From: Spirochaetia bacterium
GTDB lineage: Bacteria > Spirochaetota > Spirochaetia > SZUA-6 > Bin103
Reading direction: 5' to 3'
Assembly (NCBI GenBank): GCA_965203905.1
Contig: CBDBDQ010000005.1
Location: 7,520,001-7,584,000 of the forward strand
DNA length: 64,000 bases
Part shown: piece after piece, positions 11,234 to 26,945 of the stretch
How positions within the stretch are numbered: the stretch's first letter is position 1
How the letters are laid out: each line of letters starts with the position of its first letter
The notes under the pieces: generated by a model
Told to the model about the DNA's origin: nothing
Databases searched by the model: none
The model's input: only the letters and a program-made list of their open reading frames with translations
Translations under genes and position numbers: made by a program

Positions 11234-12394
11234 ATGGTGCAACGCAAGCACTGGCTGTCTGCCATCGAACGACTCTGGCAGGTGAAGTCAGTCGTCTGGC
11301 TCTCGGGGGTGCGCCGCGCCGGAAAGACCTTCCTGTGCCAGTCGCTTCCCGATGTCGAGTACCTGGACTGTGAGCTGCCCAGCGTCCGCCGGACGCTCGA
11401 AGATCCAGAACGATTCCTTCGTGACCTGGGGCCGCGGCGCGTCGTACTCGACGAGGTGCATCGGCTGGCGAATCCCTCCGAGCTGTTGAAGATCGCGGCA
11501 GACTATCATCCTGATACCCACATCATCGCGACCGGATCGTCCACGCTGGGAGCGTCCCGCCGTTTTCGTGACACCCTAACCGATCGCAAGCGCAACTTGT
11601 GGCTCACTCCGATGCTGGAGGACGAACAGCGGGAATTCGGCGCGCGCGGCGTTGATCACCGGTTCACATCGGGCGGCCTGCCACCATTTTATCTTCCCCG
11701 CTCGGTCCCCGAGGGCGCGTTCCAGGACTGGATCGACTCCTACTGGGCGCGCGACGTCCAGGAACACTTCCGACTGCAGCGCCGCTGGTCATTTCTGCGC
11801 TTCATGGAACTGCTGTTCGCGGCCAGCGGCGGCACGTTCGAGGCTACGGCGTACGCCGCCCGCTGCGAAGTCAGCAGGACGACGGTGGGAAACTACCTCC
11901 AGGTGCTGGAAGACACCCTGGTGGTTACCATTCTCCGGCCGTTCAGCACGCGTCCCATTACGGAGATCGTCGCCGCACCGAAGATCTACGGATTCGACAC
12001 CGGATTCGTCTGCTTCTTCAAGGGCTGGGGTGCCCTGCGGGCCGAAGACCGGGGTGCACTCTGGGAGCACTATGTCCTCAACGAATACCTCGGGCGAGCC
12101 CAGCGGCGACGCATGGCATACTGGCGTGACAAGCGTGGCCACGAGATCGACTTCATCATTGCGCCGCGCAGCGGTGCACCGGTCGCCATCGAATGCAAGT
12201 GGCGCGCTGCGGGATTCGATGCCCGCAATCTGCGGGCGTTTCGAAACCGGTATCCCGGAGGCGCCAATTACGTGGTGACTACCGACACCGAGCGCTCGTT
12301 CGTCCGCGACTACCGTGACCTCGAGGTACGGTTCGTGAGCCTGCAGGAACTGATGCAGCGCTTGCTCGCGGAGCGCGGCGCGGTCGCCCCGTGA
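11234..12394 (+). CDS. ATP-binding protein, AAA_14 + DUF4143 family
   Basis: GVRRAGKT, VVLDEVH, ATGSS, GGLP, KIYGFDTG, YWRDKRGHEIDFI..IECK (PD-(D/E)XK-like C-terminus). Confidence 0.9.
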   Translation: MVQRKHWLSAIERLWQVKSVVWLSGVRRAGKTFLCQSLPDVEYLDCELPSVRRTLEDPERFLRDLGPRRVVLDEVHRLANPSELLKIAADYHPDTHIIATGSSTLGASRRFRDTLTDRKRNLWLTPMLEDEQREFGARGVDHRFTSGGLPPFYLPRSVPEGAFQDWIDSYWARDVQEHFRLQRRWSFLRFMELLFAASGGTFEATAYAARCEVSRTTVGNYLQVLEDTLVVTILRPFSTRPITEIVAAPKIYGFDTGFVCFFKGWGALRAEDRGALWEHYVLNEYLGRAQRRRMAYWRDKRGHEIDFIIAPRSGAPVAIECKWRAAGFDARNLRAFRNRYPGGANYVVTTDTERSFVRDYRDLEVRFVSLQELMQRLLAERGAVAP

Positions 12395-12448
12395 TGCGGA
12401 AGACGACGAAATCGAAATGCCGGGTCGTCCACGTACCGGCACTTCAGG

Positions 12449-13204
12449 TCAGCGCAGCTTGACCGGGTTGCTGAGCACTCCGACGCCGGGGATCTCCACT
12501 TCGCAGGTGTCGCCGTCGTTGAGCTGGGCCGGGCTGCCGGAGGTGCCCGAGAACACGACGTCGCCCGGCTGCAGGGTGACCACCTGGCTGATGAAGGAGA
12601 TGGTCGTCGCGAAGTTGTAGATCATGTCAGCCAGTCCGCAACGCTGCACTTCCTCACCGTTGATGCGGGTGATCACCGCAAGGCTCGCGGGATCAAGGTC
12701 GGTCACGATGGCGGGGCCGATGGGGCCGAAGGTGTCGGCGGACTTGGCACGCCACCACTGCGTGTCGCCGCTCTGCCAGGGGCGGCCGCTGACGTCATTG
12801 CCACAGGTATAGCCCAGTACGTGGCTCAGCGCCTCCTGCTCCGAGACCCGGCTGCACCAGCTTCCGATCACGGCGACGGCCTCGCCCTCGGCATCGACGC
12901 GCGCCAGGCCGGGCGGCAGCAGGATCTGCTCGCCGGGGCCGATGAAGGCGTTCGGCGCCTTCCAGAACGGCTCCGGCTGGGTCGGTTCCGGGGTGCCGTG
13001 CAGGTGGTCGCGGAAGTTGCCGGCCAGTGCCAGCCCCTTGCTCGGCTCCACCGGCGCCAGCAGGCGCACGGCGCTCAGCGCCACCGGCGCCCCTTCCTCC
13101 GACCAACTCCCGAACGGCGAGCCGTCGATCGGCTGGATCTCATCTCCGGCGAGCAGGCCGAAGGAAACACTCTCATCCTCGCGGGCAAAACGAACGAACG
13201 TCAT
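12449..13204 (-). CDS. Fumarylacetoacetate hydrolase family protein
   Basis: RLLAPVEPSK, GYTCGNDVS, RAKSADTFGPIGP, TLQPGDVVFSGT. RBS GAGGAG. Confidence 0.92.
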   Translation of the reverse strand: MTFVRFAREDESVSFGLLAGDEIQPIDGSPFGSWSEEGAPVALSAVRLLAPVEPSKGLALAGNFRDHLHGTPEPTQPEPFWKAPNAFIGPGEQILLPPGLARVDAEGEAVAVIGSWCSRVSEQEALSHVLGYTCGNDVSGRPWQSGDTQWWRAKSADTFGPIGPAIVTDLDPASLAVITRINGEEVQRCGLADMIYNFATTISFISQVVTLQPGDVVFSGTSGSPAQLNDGDTCEVEIPGVGVLSNPVKLR

Positions 13205-13215
13205 CGATATCTCCT

Positions 13216-15942
<2,727 letters not shown>

Positions 15943-16049
15943 GATCGGCGGCGGTACCTCCGGCCACAAGGTATGGCGCGCGACGACCAGCGTCCAGCGT
16001 GGCCATGACCCGCCGCGCCGATACTAGGGGGGTGAGGGTCTCGGCACGA

Positions 16050-16682
16050 ATGGCGTGCGCCGGGTTGGCGGTGGCGGCCCTGAGTTGCTGCACCACGGGG
16101 GAGCTGCGGCAATCGATGCCCGGCATTGCCGGGTATCAGCTCGACGTGCGCCAACAGCGCCTGGTGCGCTCGGCGCACGATCTGATCGGGGTCGATCGGC
16201 TGTTCGTCGGCGGCACCGAGTACCGCGACGACTGCACCGGCGCGGTGCTGGCGGTGTACGCCGGTGCCGGCATCAACCTCGGCGTGCGGTTCCATCAGTA
16301 TCGCGGCAACGGCGTGGCGCGCCTGTTTCAGATGATGCGCGACCACCGGCTGTACTACCCCGCCGACGCGCGGCTGCTACCCGCTCCGGGCGACATCGTG
16401 TTCTTCGACAACACCTTCGACCGCAACGGCAACCGGCGCTGGGACGACGCTCTCACCCACATGGCGCTGGTCGTGGCGGTGGACCGGAGCGGTACCATCA
16501 GCTACCTGCACAACCACCTGCGGCGCGGTGTGGTCATCGAACGGATGAACCTCGGCTACCCCGACTCTCCCGAACTCAACGCGCCCCTGCGCCAGCGCGG
16601 CTCGCCGCGCGACGGCAGCGGCCGCTGGCTGGCGAGCCACCTGGTGCGCGGCTTCGGCCGTGCCTACCTGCTGCCAGCTTGA
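16050..16682 (+). CDS. NlpC/P60 (CHAP-like) domain putative lipoprotein
   Basis: Lipobox-like ALSC, catalytic-type DDCTG, PGDIVFFDNT, THMALV. Start uncertain (15999-16050). Confidence 0.7.
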   Translation: MACAGLAVAALSCCTTGELRQSMPGIAGYQLDVRQQRLVRSAHDLIGVDRLFVGGTEYRDDCTGAVLAVYAGAGINLGVRFHQYRGNGVARLFQMMRDHRLYYPADARLLPAPGDIVFFDNTFDRNGNRRWDDALTHMALVVAVDRSGTISYLHNHLRRGVVIERMNLGYPDSPELNAPLRQRGSPRDGSGRWLASHLVRGFGRAYLLPA

Positions 16683-16705
16683 CCTGCACGGCGGGCGGGC
16701 ACAGG

Positions 16706-17212
16706 ATGCCACCCATGTCTTCATGCACGAGCCGAATGCTGGTCGCGGTATGTTGCTGCGTTTCGCTGCTGTCTTTCGCCAGCGTGGAGGCGCCGGCGGA
16801 GTCCCCTGACTGGGTCCTGGAGGCGATTGAGGACGCGACGCTCGACCCCGGCGAGTTGCACTACTTCCACGGCGTCCACCGCGACTGTCCGCTGGTCGAT
16901 GCGGATGCCGAGCGGATCATCGAGCAGGCCCTGAGCCGGAACGGGATCGAGCCTCGGCACCTGGCACGGTCGCGCGAGCTCTCGGACCACCTCTTCCTCG
17001 ACCTCTGGGTCTCGTGCGTGGAACGGGCGAGCAACTTCGTGTACGTGATCGACACCTACCTCGCGCTCCACTCCCCTCTCGACGGCAAGCGGCTGTTCAT
17101 CGCCCAGCGCTTCGGACGCTTCGGAGCAGGCGACCGCGCTTCCATTCTGCATTCAATGCGAGAGTCGGTAGACAGCGCCGCCAGCGCCTTCCTGCAAGCC
17201 AACCGGCGCTAG
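16706..17212 (+). CDS. Hypothetical exported protein
   Basis: Hydrophobic signal-like N-terminus (MLVAVCCCVSLLSFASVEAPA) and GC3-biased frame. Start 16706, 16715 or 16736. Confidence 0.55.
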   Translation: MPPMSSCTSRMLVAVCCCVSLLSFASVEAPAESPDWVLEAIEDATLDPGELHYFHGVHRDCPLVDADAERIIEQALSRNGIEPRHLARSRELSDHLFLDLWVSCVERASNFVYVIDTYLALHSPLDGKRLFIAQRFGRFGAGDRASILHSMRESVDSAASAFLQANRR

Positions 17213-17257
17213 GAGTCTGTCGGATTGGCGCGTGAGCGGCAAATCCGACAGGACTCC
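17212..17257. repeat. Imperfect inverted repeat between convergent genes (terminator or MITE-like IS-end remnant)
   Basis: GGAGTCTGTCGGATT...AATCCGACAGGACTCC with one bulged G. Confidence 0.5.
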
Positions 17258-17397
17258 GTACGGTAGGCGGGGCTGGGCCGAAAGCGTCGCCGACAGGCGG
17301 CGGTTTCGGGGCGCTGACGCGGCGCTACCGGCCGTACGCGCGGGCGCCGGTGTCCAGCAGCTGTTAGCGGGCCGAAACGCTCGGTGGCGGCGGCCGC

Positions 17398-20496
<3,099 letters not shown>

Positions 20497-20615
20497 GGCG
20501 TTCGCTACAGGCTAACGCGCAGCGCCCGCGGAGGCAACCACCGGCACCGTTTCCGGTGGGACGCACTGCGCGCCTCCCTGGCTCCGGCGGCGGTCGTTCG
20601 TGGTAGGGTTGCGGC

Positions 20616-21626
20616 GTGGATACCGGAGCTGCTGCCACGCAGCGTGTCTGCGTCGCCGCGCTGGCGCTGCTGTCGATCATCCTTTCAGGTTGCGCCACCG
20701 TTCCGGGCAACACCGGCGACGGGCGCGGATTCACCCGCAACTTCGCCTGGCAGTATGGAGGGCGCAGCTTCGACCTGGCGTTCGATCTGCATCCCGACAA
20801 CTACGAACGGTTCCGCAAGCGCCAGCGCACCCGCGAATACGACCTGTTCGCTTCCGACTATCACAGCAAGCCGTTCATTCGGGAAATCACCAGGCGGCTT
20901 GCCGACTACGGCACGGCGTCCGGGCTGAGCCGCGACGAAATCCCGTACTTCGTCGTCTCCTTCGTCCAGAACCTGCCGTACACGTCGGACGACTTGACGA
21001 CCGGGTTCGACGAGTACCCCAGATTCCCCTACGAGACCCTCTACGACAACGGCGGCGACTGCGAGGACACTTCGATACTCGCGGCCGCGATCCTCCACGA
21101 GCTGCGCTACGATGTCGCACTGCTGCTGTTTCCGGGCCACATGGCCGTCGGCTTCGAGTGCCGGCCGGAGATCGGACAACCCCACTACCGGCACCACGGA
21201 AGACGCTACTGTTACCTGGAGACTACCGGGGACGACTGGGACGTCGGCGTGGTGCCCCCGAGCGTGCGGGGCGTTGCCGCCACCATCAAGCCGATCATCG
21301 AGCGTCCGGTGCTGCTGGTGGAATTCGTCGCCAAGTACCGTCAGATCAGCGCCGACACCACTGCCGTGGACGTGACGGCGCTGGTGACGAATCTGGGGTC
21401 TCACACGGCACGCGGAGCCGCCGTGTACGTAGCACTGCGCAAACCGGGCACCGACCTGGTGTGGGATCAGATTCAGAGCGACCGATTCGGTCTGGCCCCG
21501 GAAGAGACCTTTACCTACGAGGTAGCCGGCCTGCAGGTGAAGCCGGTCAATCCGTTCCAGGTCTACGTGCAGGCGCGCGGAACCAACTTCGCTCCCCAGG
21601 AAGCGGTCAGCGAAGTGCTGCGCTGA
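20616..21626 (+). CDS. Transglutaminase-like domain lipoprotein
   Basis: Lipobox LSGC, FVQNLPY, PYETL..GGDCEDTSIL, FPGHMAVG, YLETT (Cys-His-Glu triad). Confidence 0.78.
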   Translation: MDTGAAATQRVCVAALALLSIILSGCATVPGNTGDGRGFTRNFAWQYGGRSFDLAFDLHPDNYERFRKRQRTREYDLFASDYHSKPFIREITRRLADYGTASGLSRDEIPYFVVSFVQNLPYTSDDLTTGFDEYPRFPYETLYDNGGDCEDTSILAAAILHELRYDVALLLFPGHMAVGFECRPEIGQPHYRHHGRRYCYLETTGDDWDVGVVPPSVRGVAATIKPIIERPVLLVEFVAKYRQISADTTAVDVTALVTNLGSHTARGAAVYVALRKPGTDLVWDQIQSDRFGLAPEETFTYEVAGLQVKPVNPFQVYVQARGTNFAPQEAVSEVLR

Positions 21627-21633
21627 GCGGCGC

Positions 21634-22602
21634 TCAGGCGGCGTTCCACGGCAGGCGCTCCAGGTCGACGTTGCCGCCGGTCAGCACTACCCCGACGCGG
21701 CGGCCGCGAAATTGCGCGGCGTGACCGAGCACCGCCGCCAGTGAGACCGCCGCGGACGGCTCGACCACCAGCTTCATGCGCATCCAGATGCTGCGCATGG
21801 CGGCCACTATCTGCTCCTCGGAGACGGTCACTATCTGCACCCCGTGCGCGCGCAGCAGGGAGAAAGTGAGCGGGGCCAGGGAGGTGCGCAGTCCGTCGGC
21901 CACCGTATCCGGCTGCACGCTCGGCAGGATGCGGCCCGCCGCCAGCGAGCGTGCCGCATCGTCGGCGCGCACCGGCTCCGCCCCGAACACGGCGGTCTGC
22001 GGACGCAGCCCGCGCACCGCCACCGCGATCCCACTCAGGCAGCCACCGCCGCCCACGGGCGCCACCACCGCGTCCAGGTCGGCGACCTGCTCCAGCAGCT
22101 CCAGGGCCAGGGTGCCCTGGCCGGCGACGATGTGGGGATGCCCGTACGGATGGATCAGGGTGGCGCCTTCCTGCTCCACGACCCGTTGCGCGGCGGCGGC
22201 GCGTGCCTGGTCGCCGTCCGCGCACGGCACTACCCGTGCCCCGTAGCCGGCCACCGCCGCCCGCTTGACCGCCGCCGAGCTGCGCGGCATGACCACGGTG
22301 GCCGCCACCGCACGCACGCCTGCCGCGGCCGCGACCGCCTGGCCGTGGTTGCCGGATGAGTGGGTCACGACGCCGCGGGCGGCCTGGGCAGAGGAGAGCT
22401 GCAGCACGAAGTTGGTGGCGCCGCGCATCTTGAACGCGCCCACCTTCTGCAGGTTCTCGCACTTGAAGAACAGCCGCGCCCCGCTCGCCTCGTCCAGGTA
22501 CGCGCTGGTGAACACCGGCGTGCGGTGGACGTAGGGCTCGATGCGCCGCGCGGCCGCCTGCACGTCAACGATGGTGGGTTCGGGCACCTCCGGCGAGCCC
22601 AT
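21634..22602 (-). CDS. PLP-dependent serine/threonine dehydratase (serine racemase-like)
   Basis: HRTPV, FKCENLQKVGAFKMRGA, THSSGNHGQA, PVGGGG, VEPSAAV, LTGGNVD. Confidence 0.92.
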   Translation of the reverse strand: MGSPEVPEPTIVDVQAAARRIEPYVHRTPVFTSAYLDEASGARLFFKCENLQKVGAFKMRGATNFVLQLSSAQAARGVVTHSSGNHGQAVAAAAGVRAVAATVVMPRSSAAVKRAAVAGYGARVVPCADGDQARAAAAQRVVEQEGATLIHPYGHPHIVAGQGTLALELLEQVADLDAVVAPVGGGGCLSGIAVAVRGLRPQTAVFGAEPVRADDAARSLAAGRILPSVQPDTVADGLRTSLAPLTFSLLRAHGVQIVTVSEEQIVAAMRSIWMRMKLVVEPSAAVSLAAVLGHAAQFRGRRVGVVLTGGNVDLERLPWNAA

Positions 22603-22605
22603 GCG

Positions 22606-23025
22606 TCACTCCGCCATCAGGATCAGCCGCGGCTTGCAACGCCAGTCGAATGACCGCCGCGGGTCCGCTTCCGCCGCCCGCGCCTCGGCGGCGGCACCGC
22701 CCATGGCTCGCAGCAGAGCTGCCACGTCGAGGCCCAGATAGGGGGAGGAAACCGCCTCCAGCTTCGCGGCCGCCTTCGCCAGCAGACGCTGTACCCCCCG
22801 CATGTTGCCGCGCTCGGCGTGCACGAAAGCCGCGGCCAACTGGATGATCCCCTGGTAGAAGCGCCGCCGCTCCGGGTCACTGGTGGCGCGCCACAGGTCC
22901 TCCAGCACTTCGTGGGCATGCCAGTGCTCACCCGCGTGGTACAGTCTGACGCACTCCAGGTACGGCCCCGGCCACCGGCTCTCCACCGGCGCCGCGACGC
23001 CATGCCGCCGCTCGTCTGCGCCCAT
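22606..23025 (-). CDS. DUF309 domain protein
   Basis: HWHAHEVLEDLW, FYQGIIQLAAAFVH. Start 23025 or 23043. Confidence 0.85.
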   Translation of the reverse strand: MGADERRHGVAAPVESRWPGPYLECVRLYHAGEHWHAHEVLEDLWRATSDPERRRFYQGIIQLAAAFVHAERGNMRGVQRLLAKAAAKLEAVSSPYLGLDVAALLRAMGGAAAEARAAEADPRRSFDWRCKPRLILMAE

Positions 23026-23090
23026 TTCAGCAGCCTCCCTCATGGATGGTATCACCCCTCACTGCTCCGGTGCATTCCACGCTCGCCCGC

Positions 23091-23123
23091 TTGACGCGGC
23101 GGGCGCAGGTCAGCAATCTGACC
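23091..23123 (+). promoter_or_regulatory. Putative sigma70 promoter with overlapping palindrome
   Basis: TTGACG-17 nt-CAATCT, 7 nt before ATG 23127. Palindrome GGTCAG-caat-CTGACC at 23108-23123. Confidence 0.45.
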
Positions 23124-23126
23124 GTT

Positions 23127-24167
23127 ATGGCCGACACGATCCAGGTCGACGACGGCAGTACCACGCGCGATACGCGTGGCGAGTGGGTGCCGCGCATCCT
23201 GCGGCCCAAGGCGGTGCTGTTCACGTGGCCGCCGCGGCCCAGGGCGGCGCTGAAGTTCCTGTTCGGCGTGCCCGGCTTCCTGTGGCCGTTCGGGCTGGCC
23301 TTCTACGGCGGGCTGGCGGCGGTCACCTGGCTGTTCCTCCAGCCCGGGGCCGACGACCTGAGCCGCTTTGCCCGGCTGCACCCCGACTGGATCCTGCCGA
23401 TGTACGCGCGCAACGTGGTCTTGCTGCTGATCATCGCGGGGGGCTGGCACCTGCGCCTGTACTGGTCACGCGCCCAGGGCACCCGCTTCAAGTACAACAG
23501 CCGCTGGCCGAGCACCCGGAGCAAGGCGTTCCTGTTCGGCAACCAGGTGTGGGACAACATGTTCTGGAGCCTGGTCAGCGGGGCCGGCATCTGGACCATC
23601 TACGAGGCGCTGATGCTGTGGGCGTACGGCAACGGCTGGCTGCCGTTCGTCGAGTTCCGCTCCAATCCGGTTTGGTTCGTGGCGCTGCTGGTGCTGCTGG
23701 CACCGTGGAGCGACTTCCACTTCTACTGGGTGCACCGCATCACCCACTGGAAGCCGCTGTACCGGGCCTGCCACTACCTGCACCACCGCAACGTCAACGT
23801 GGGACCGTGGTCGGGCCTGTCGATGCACCCCCTGGAGCACGTGCTCTACTTCAGCCGCTGGATTCTCCTGCTCATCCTCCCCGCGCACCCGATCCACCTG
23901 TTCTACCTGATGCAGCGGGCCGGCTTGAACCCGGCCGTCGGCCACACCGGCTTCGACCAGGTGGTGCTCAACAAGGAACGCGACAGCCGGCTGTCGATCG
24001 ACTCCTTCTTCCACTACCTGCACCACCGTTACTTCGAGTGCAACTACGGCACCTCCCCGCTCCCCTTCGACCGCCTGTTCGGCACCTTCCACGACGGCTC
24101 GGAGGCCGCCCACGCGGCGATGCGCCGCAAGCGCCGCATGCCGGCCGAGTCGAAGGGCCTGATATAA
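23127..24167 (+). CDS. Sterol desaturase / fatty acid hydroxylase family protein
   Basis: His boxes HFYWVHR, HYLHH, GH, HYLHH, NYG..FDRLFGT. Confidence 0.9.
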   Translation: MADTIQVDDGSTTRDTRGEWVPRILRPKAVLFTWPPRPRAALKFLFGVPGFLWPFGLAFYGGLAAVTWLFLQPGADDLSRFARLHPDWILPMYARNVVLLLIIAGGWHLRLYWSRAQGTRFKYNSRWPSTRSKAFLFGNQVWDNMFWSLVSGAGIWTIYEALMLWAYGNGWLPFVEFRSNPVWFVALLVLLAPWSDFHFYWVHRITHWKPLYRACHYLHHRNVNVGPWSGLSMHPLEHVLYFSRWILLLILPAHPIHLFYLMQRAGLNPAVGHTGFDQVVLNKERDSRLSIDSFFHYLHHRYFECNYGTSPLPFDRLFGTFHDGSEAAHAAMRRKRRMPAESKGLI

Positions 24168-24177
24168 CCAGGGGGCC

Positions 24178-25476
24178 TTACACCCGACCGGTGGGGTCCT
24201 GCTCGGTCAGGTCGATGCGGAGCAGGACCCACATGCTCGCCGCCATCAGTGCCGCCAGCCCAGCGAACACCAACCGGTACCCGCCGCCGCCGAGGGCAGC
24301 CAGGAGTTGCAGCACCCGGCCGGCGAGCAGCGGCAGGCCGACGCTGAGCGGCATGGTCACGAGCTGGGCCAAGGCGTAGTAGGCGGTAGCGTCCGTGCGT
24401 CGCGAGAGCAGCTTGACCACCGGCATGAAGGCAAGCTGGCGGCTGGCCCGGCCGATGCCGATCAACGCGCTGGCAACGAAGAACGCCCACGGCGCAGGGG
24501 CGGCTGCAGCCGGGACGGCCAACACCAGCAGCACGCCCGCCACCGAACAGCACTTCCCGAGAATCAGACGTTGGCGCAGGCTGAGCAGGCGCGAACGGCC
24601 GAGGAACAGGTACGCCGCGGTCGAGCCGGCATGCGTGGCGACGACGAAGGCGGTGGCCGCCGCCGCGGCGACACCGACGTGCTCGGTGGCGTAGACCGCG
24701 TAGAACGCCGTTACCGCCGAGCTCGCGAAGAACTCGACGTCGTTGGCCATGTACAACAGGAACGAACGGTTGCGCAACGCCGTGGCGACGACATCCGTGA
24801 AGCGGGCACCGGCTCCCGCTTCGTCCGACGCTGCCGCGAACGCGGCCGGCGCCACCTCGCGAGTCAGCGCCAGCAGCAGCGCGGAGGCGGCGAGGAGGAG
24901 CCCGGTGCCAACGAATACCAGGCCCACCATGGTCGGCGCGAACACGAACCGCTGCACCAATGCGGCGGCGAGCAGACCGCTGAGAATCCGTGCCACGGTC
25001 TGCAGTGTGAACATCACCGACAGGCCGGCGAAGACCCGCTGCGGCGGAAACACGCGCGTGACGTACTCCCGCCACAGCGGCGCTGAAATGCCGAATGCCG
25101 CGGCCAGGAAGGCGTAGGTGACGATCAGCGCGGAGACCGACAGGAAGCGCGGCCCGAGCAGCAGCAGCATACCGCCGAATGCCAGCGGCGGCAGCGCGAG
25201 GGTGGCATTGGTGACGATGGCAATGGTGCGCTTGTCGGGCACACCGCGGGTCAGGTAGGCGGAGAGCAGCGGCAGGAACGCCAGGGCGGCCCAGAAGATG
25301 GCCGCCATCAGGCCGACCTCGAAGGTGGTGCCGCCGGCGGCGCGCATCAGCAGCGGGAGAAAAGCCGCGTCCGCCGTAATCACCGGCAGCGCCAGTCCGA
25401 CGCAGAACTCCGACCCGGCCAGTCCCGCGGTGTTGCGGGCGACCGGTGCCCCTTCGCCGCGAGGCGTGTTCAGCAT
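24178..25476 (-). CDS. MFS transporter
   Basis: About 12 hydrophobic segments in two halves with a central loop (FTDVVATALRNRSF). Confidence 0.8.
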   Translation of the reverse strand: MLNTPRGEGAPVARNTAGLAGSEFCVGLALPVITADAAFLPLLMRAAGGTTFEVGLMAAIFWAALAFLPLLSAYLTRGVPDKRTIAIVTNATLALPPLAFGGMLLLLGPRFLSVSALIVTYAFLAAAFGISAPLWREYVTRVFPPQRVFAGLSVMFTLQTVARILSGLLAAALVQRFVFAPTMVGLVFVGTGLLLAASALLLALTREVAPAAFAAASDEAGAGARFTDVVATALRNRSFLLYMANDVEFFASSAVTAFYAVYATEHVGVAAAAATAFVVATHAGSTAAYLFLGRSRLLSLRQRLILGKCCSVAGVLLVLAVPAAAAPAPWAFFVASALIGIGRASRQLAFMPVVKLLSRRTDATAYYALAQLVTMPLSVGLPLLAGRVLQLLAALGGGGYRLVFAGLAALMAASMWVLLRIDLTEQDPTGRV

Positions 25477-25490
25477 AGAATTACCGCGCA

Positions 25491-26711
25491 ATGAGCGACT
25501 CGCAGGCGCACGTTCCCATCCGGGCCATCACCAGGGCGCCGGGCTACCACTGGTTCGGATACTACGACAAGCTGCAGTTCGATCCCACCTCGCGCTACGT
25601 GCTGGCCATGCGCGTCGACTTCGAGCATCGCGCGCCGCGGCCCGGCGATGAGATCGGCATCGGCATGATCGACCTGGAGGACGGCGACGCCTGGCGGCCG
25701 CTCGGCACCACCACCGCGTGGTCCTGGCAACAGGGCTGCATGCTGCAGTGGCTCCCCGGATCGGCGAGCGAGGTGATCTGGAACGAGCGCGCCGGCGACC
25801 GCTACGTGGCGCGCATCGCCGACATCGCCACCGGCGCCAGCCGCACCCTGCCGGCGCCGGTGTACGCACTGGCGCCGGATGGCCGCTCCGCGGTCGGGCC
25901 CGACTTCCGGCGCCTCAACGACATGCGTCCCGGGTACGGCTACGAGGGCATTCCCGATCCCTGCCATGACCAGCTCGCACCCGAGGAGTCAGGCATCCAC
26001 ACCGTGGACCTGGACACCGGCGAGACGCGCCAGATCATCTCCGTGGCGGACGCGGCCGCCGTCCCCTACCCGCACGATGACCTGTCACGGGCCAAGCACT
26101 ACTTCAACCACCTGCTGTTCAGTCCCGACGGCACCCGCTTCATCTTCCTGCACCGCTGGCGGATCCCGGGCGAACCGGGGATGCGAACGCGCATGTTCAC
26201 GGCGAACGCCGACGGCTCCGACCTGCACGTGGTGGACGACTACGGCGCCATGTCGCACTTCATCTGGCGCGATCCGGAGACTATCCTGGCGTGGTCGTGG
26301 CAGCCCTCGCACCAGGGTGCGTTCTACCTGTACCGCGACCGCACCGACCAGGTGGAGGTGATCGGCAAGCACGCCATGACCCTGAACGGGCACTGCACCT
26401 ACCTGAGCGACCCGGACTGGATCCTCAACGACTGTTATCCGCGGGCAGGGACGCGTACCCAGGAGCTGTACCTGTACCACGTGCCCAGCGCTACCCGCAT
26501 CGAGCTGGGAGGATTCCACGCCCCGGAGGCGTACCGCGACGAGTCGCGCTGCGACCTGCACCCGCGCTCCGATCCGAGCGGCCGCCTGGTCACCATCGAC
26601 TCCGCCCACGCCGGCGGCCGGCAGATCTACCTGCTCGACATCACCGCCGCGGCCGAGACAAGCGGCCGTCCGGCCCCGCCCGGCCGTCAGCGATCGCCCT
26701 TGGGGAAGTAG
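25491..26711 (+). CDS. Beta-propeller protein (oligogalacturonate lyase/TolB-like)
   Basis: HWFGYYDK, AWSWQQGCMLQW, FNHLLFSPDG.RF.FLHRW, SHFIW, GHCTY, RCDLHPR. Confidence 0.75.
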   Translation: MSDSQAHVPIRAITRAPGYHWFGYYDKLQFDPTSRYVLAMRVDFEHRAPRPGDEIGIGMIDLEDGDAWRPLGTTTAWSWQQGCMLQWLPGSASEVIWNERAGDRYVARIADIATGASRTLPAPVYALAPDGRSAVGPDFRRLNDMRPGYGYEGIPDPCHDQLAPEESGIHTVDLDTGETRQIISVADAAAVPYPHDDLSRAKHYFNHLLFSPDGTRFIFLHRWRIPGEPGMRTRMFTANADGSDLHVVDDYGAMSHFIWRDPETILAWSWQPSHQGAFYLYRDRTDQVEVIGKHAMTLNGHCTYLSDPDWILNDCYPRAGTRTQELYLYHVPSATRIELGGFHAPEAYRDESRCDLHPRSDPSGRLVTIDSAHAGGRQIYLLDITAAAETSGRPAPPGRQRSPLGK

Positions 26712-26944
26712 AACGAAATGACGAGTGTGATCAGCGGCAGCAATCCGATCTTTATCAGTTCGAAGATGCTTGCCAGCGCCTGATTGTCGGGATACGCGAC
26801 GTAGGCAGCAAACACCAGCACGCACACCACGCCCACAAACAGAAGCACCTGTTTGGCAAACCGAAGACGGTCGCCTTCATCGATGACCCGTACGTCTTTC
26901 CGCGCGAGACCGGCAATGTCGATGTCCGTGCCGTGGTCAGCCAC
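26687..26944 (-). CDS. Small two-TM membrane protein
   Basis: 85 aa with two hydrophobic helices. GTG start 1 nt after the RHH gene stop. Confidence 0.6.
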   Translation of the reverse strand: MADHGTDIDIAGLARKDVRVIDEGDRLRFAKQVLLFVGVVCVLVFAAYVAYPDNQALASIFELIKIGLLPLITLVISFYFPKGDR

Positions 26945-26945
26945 T

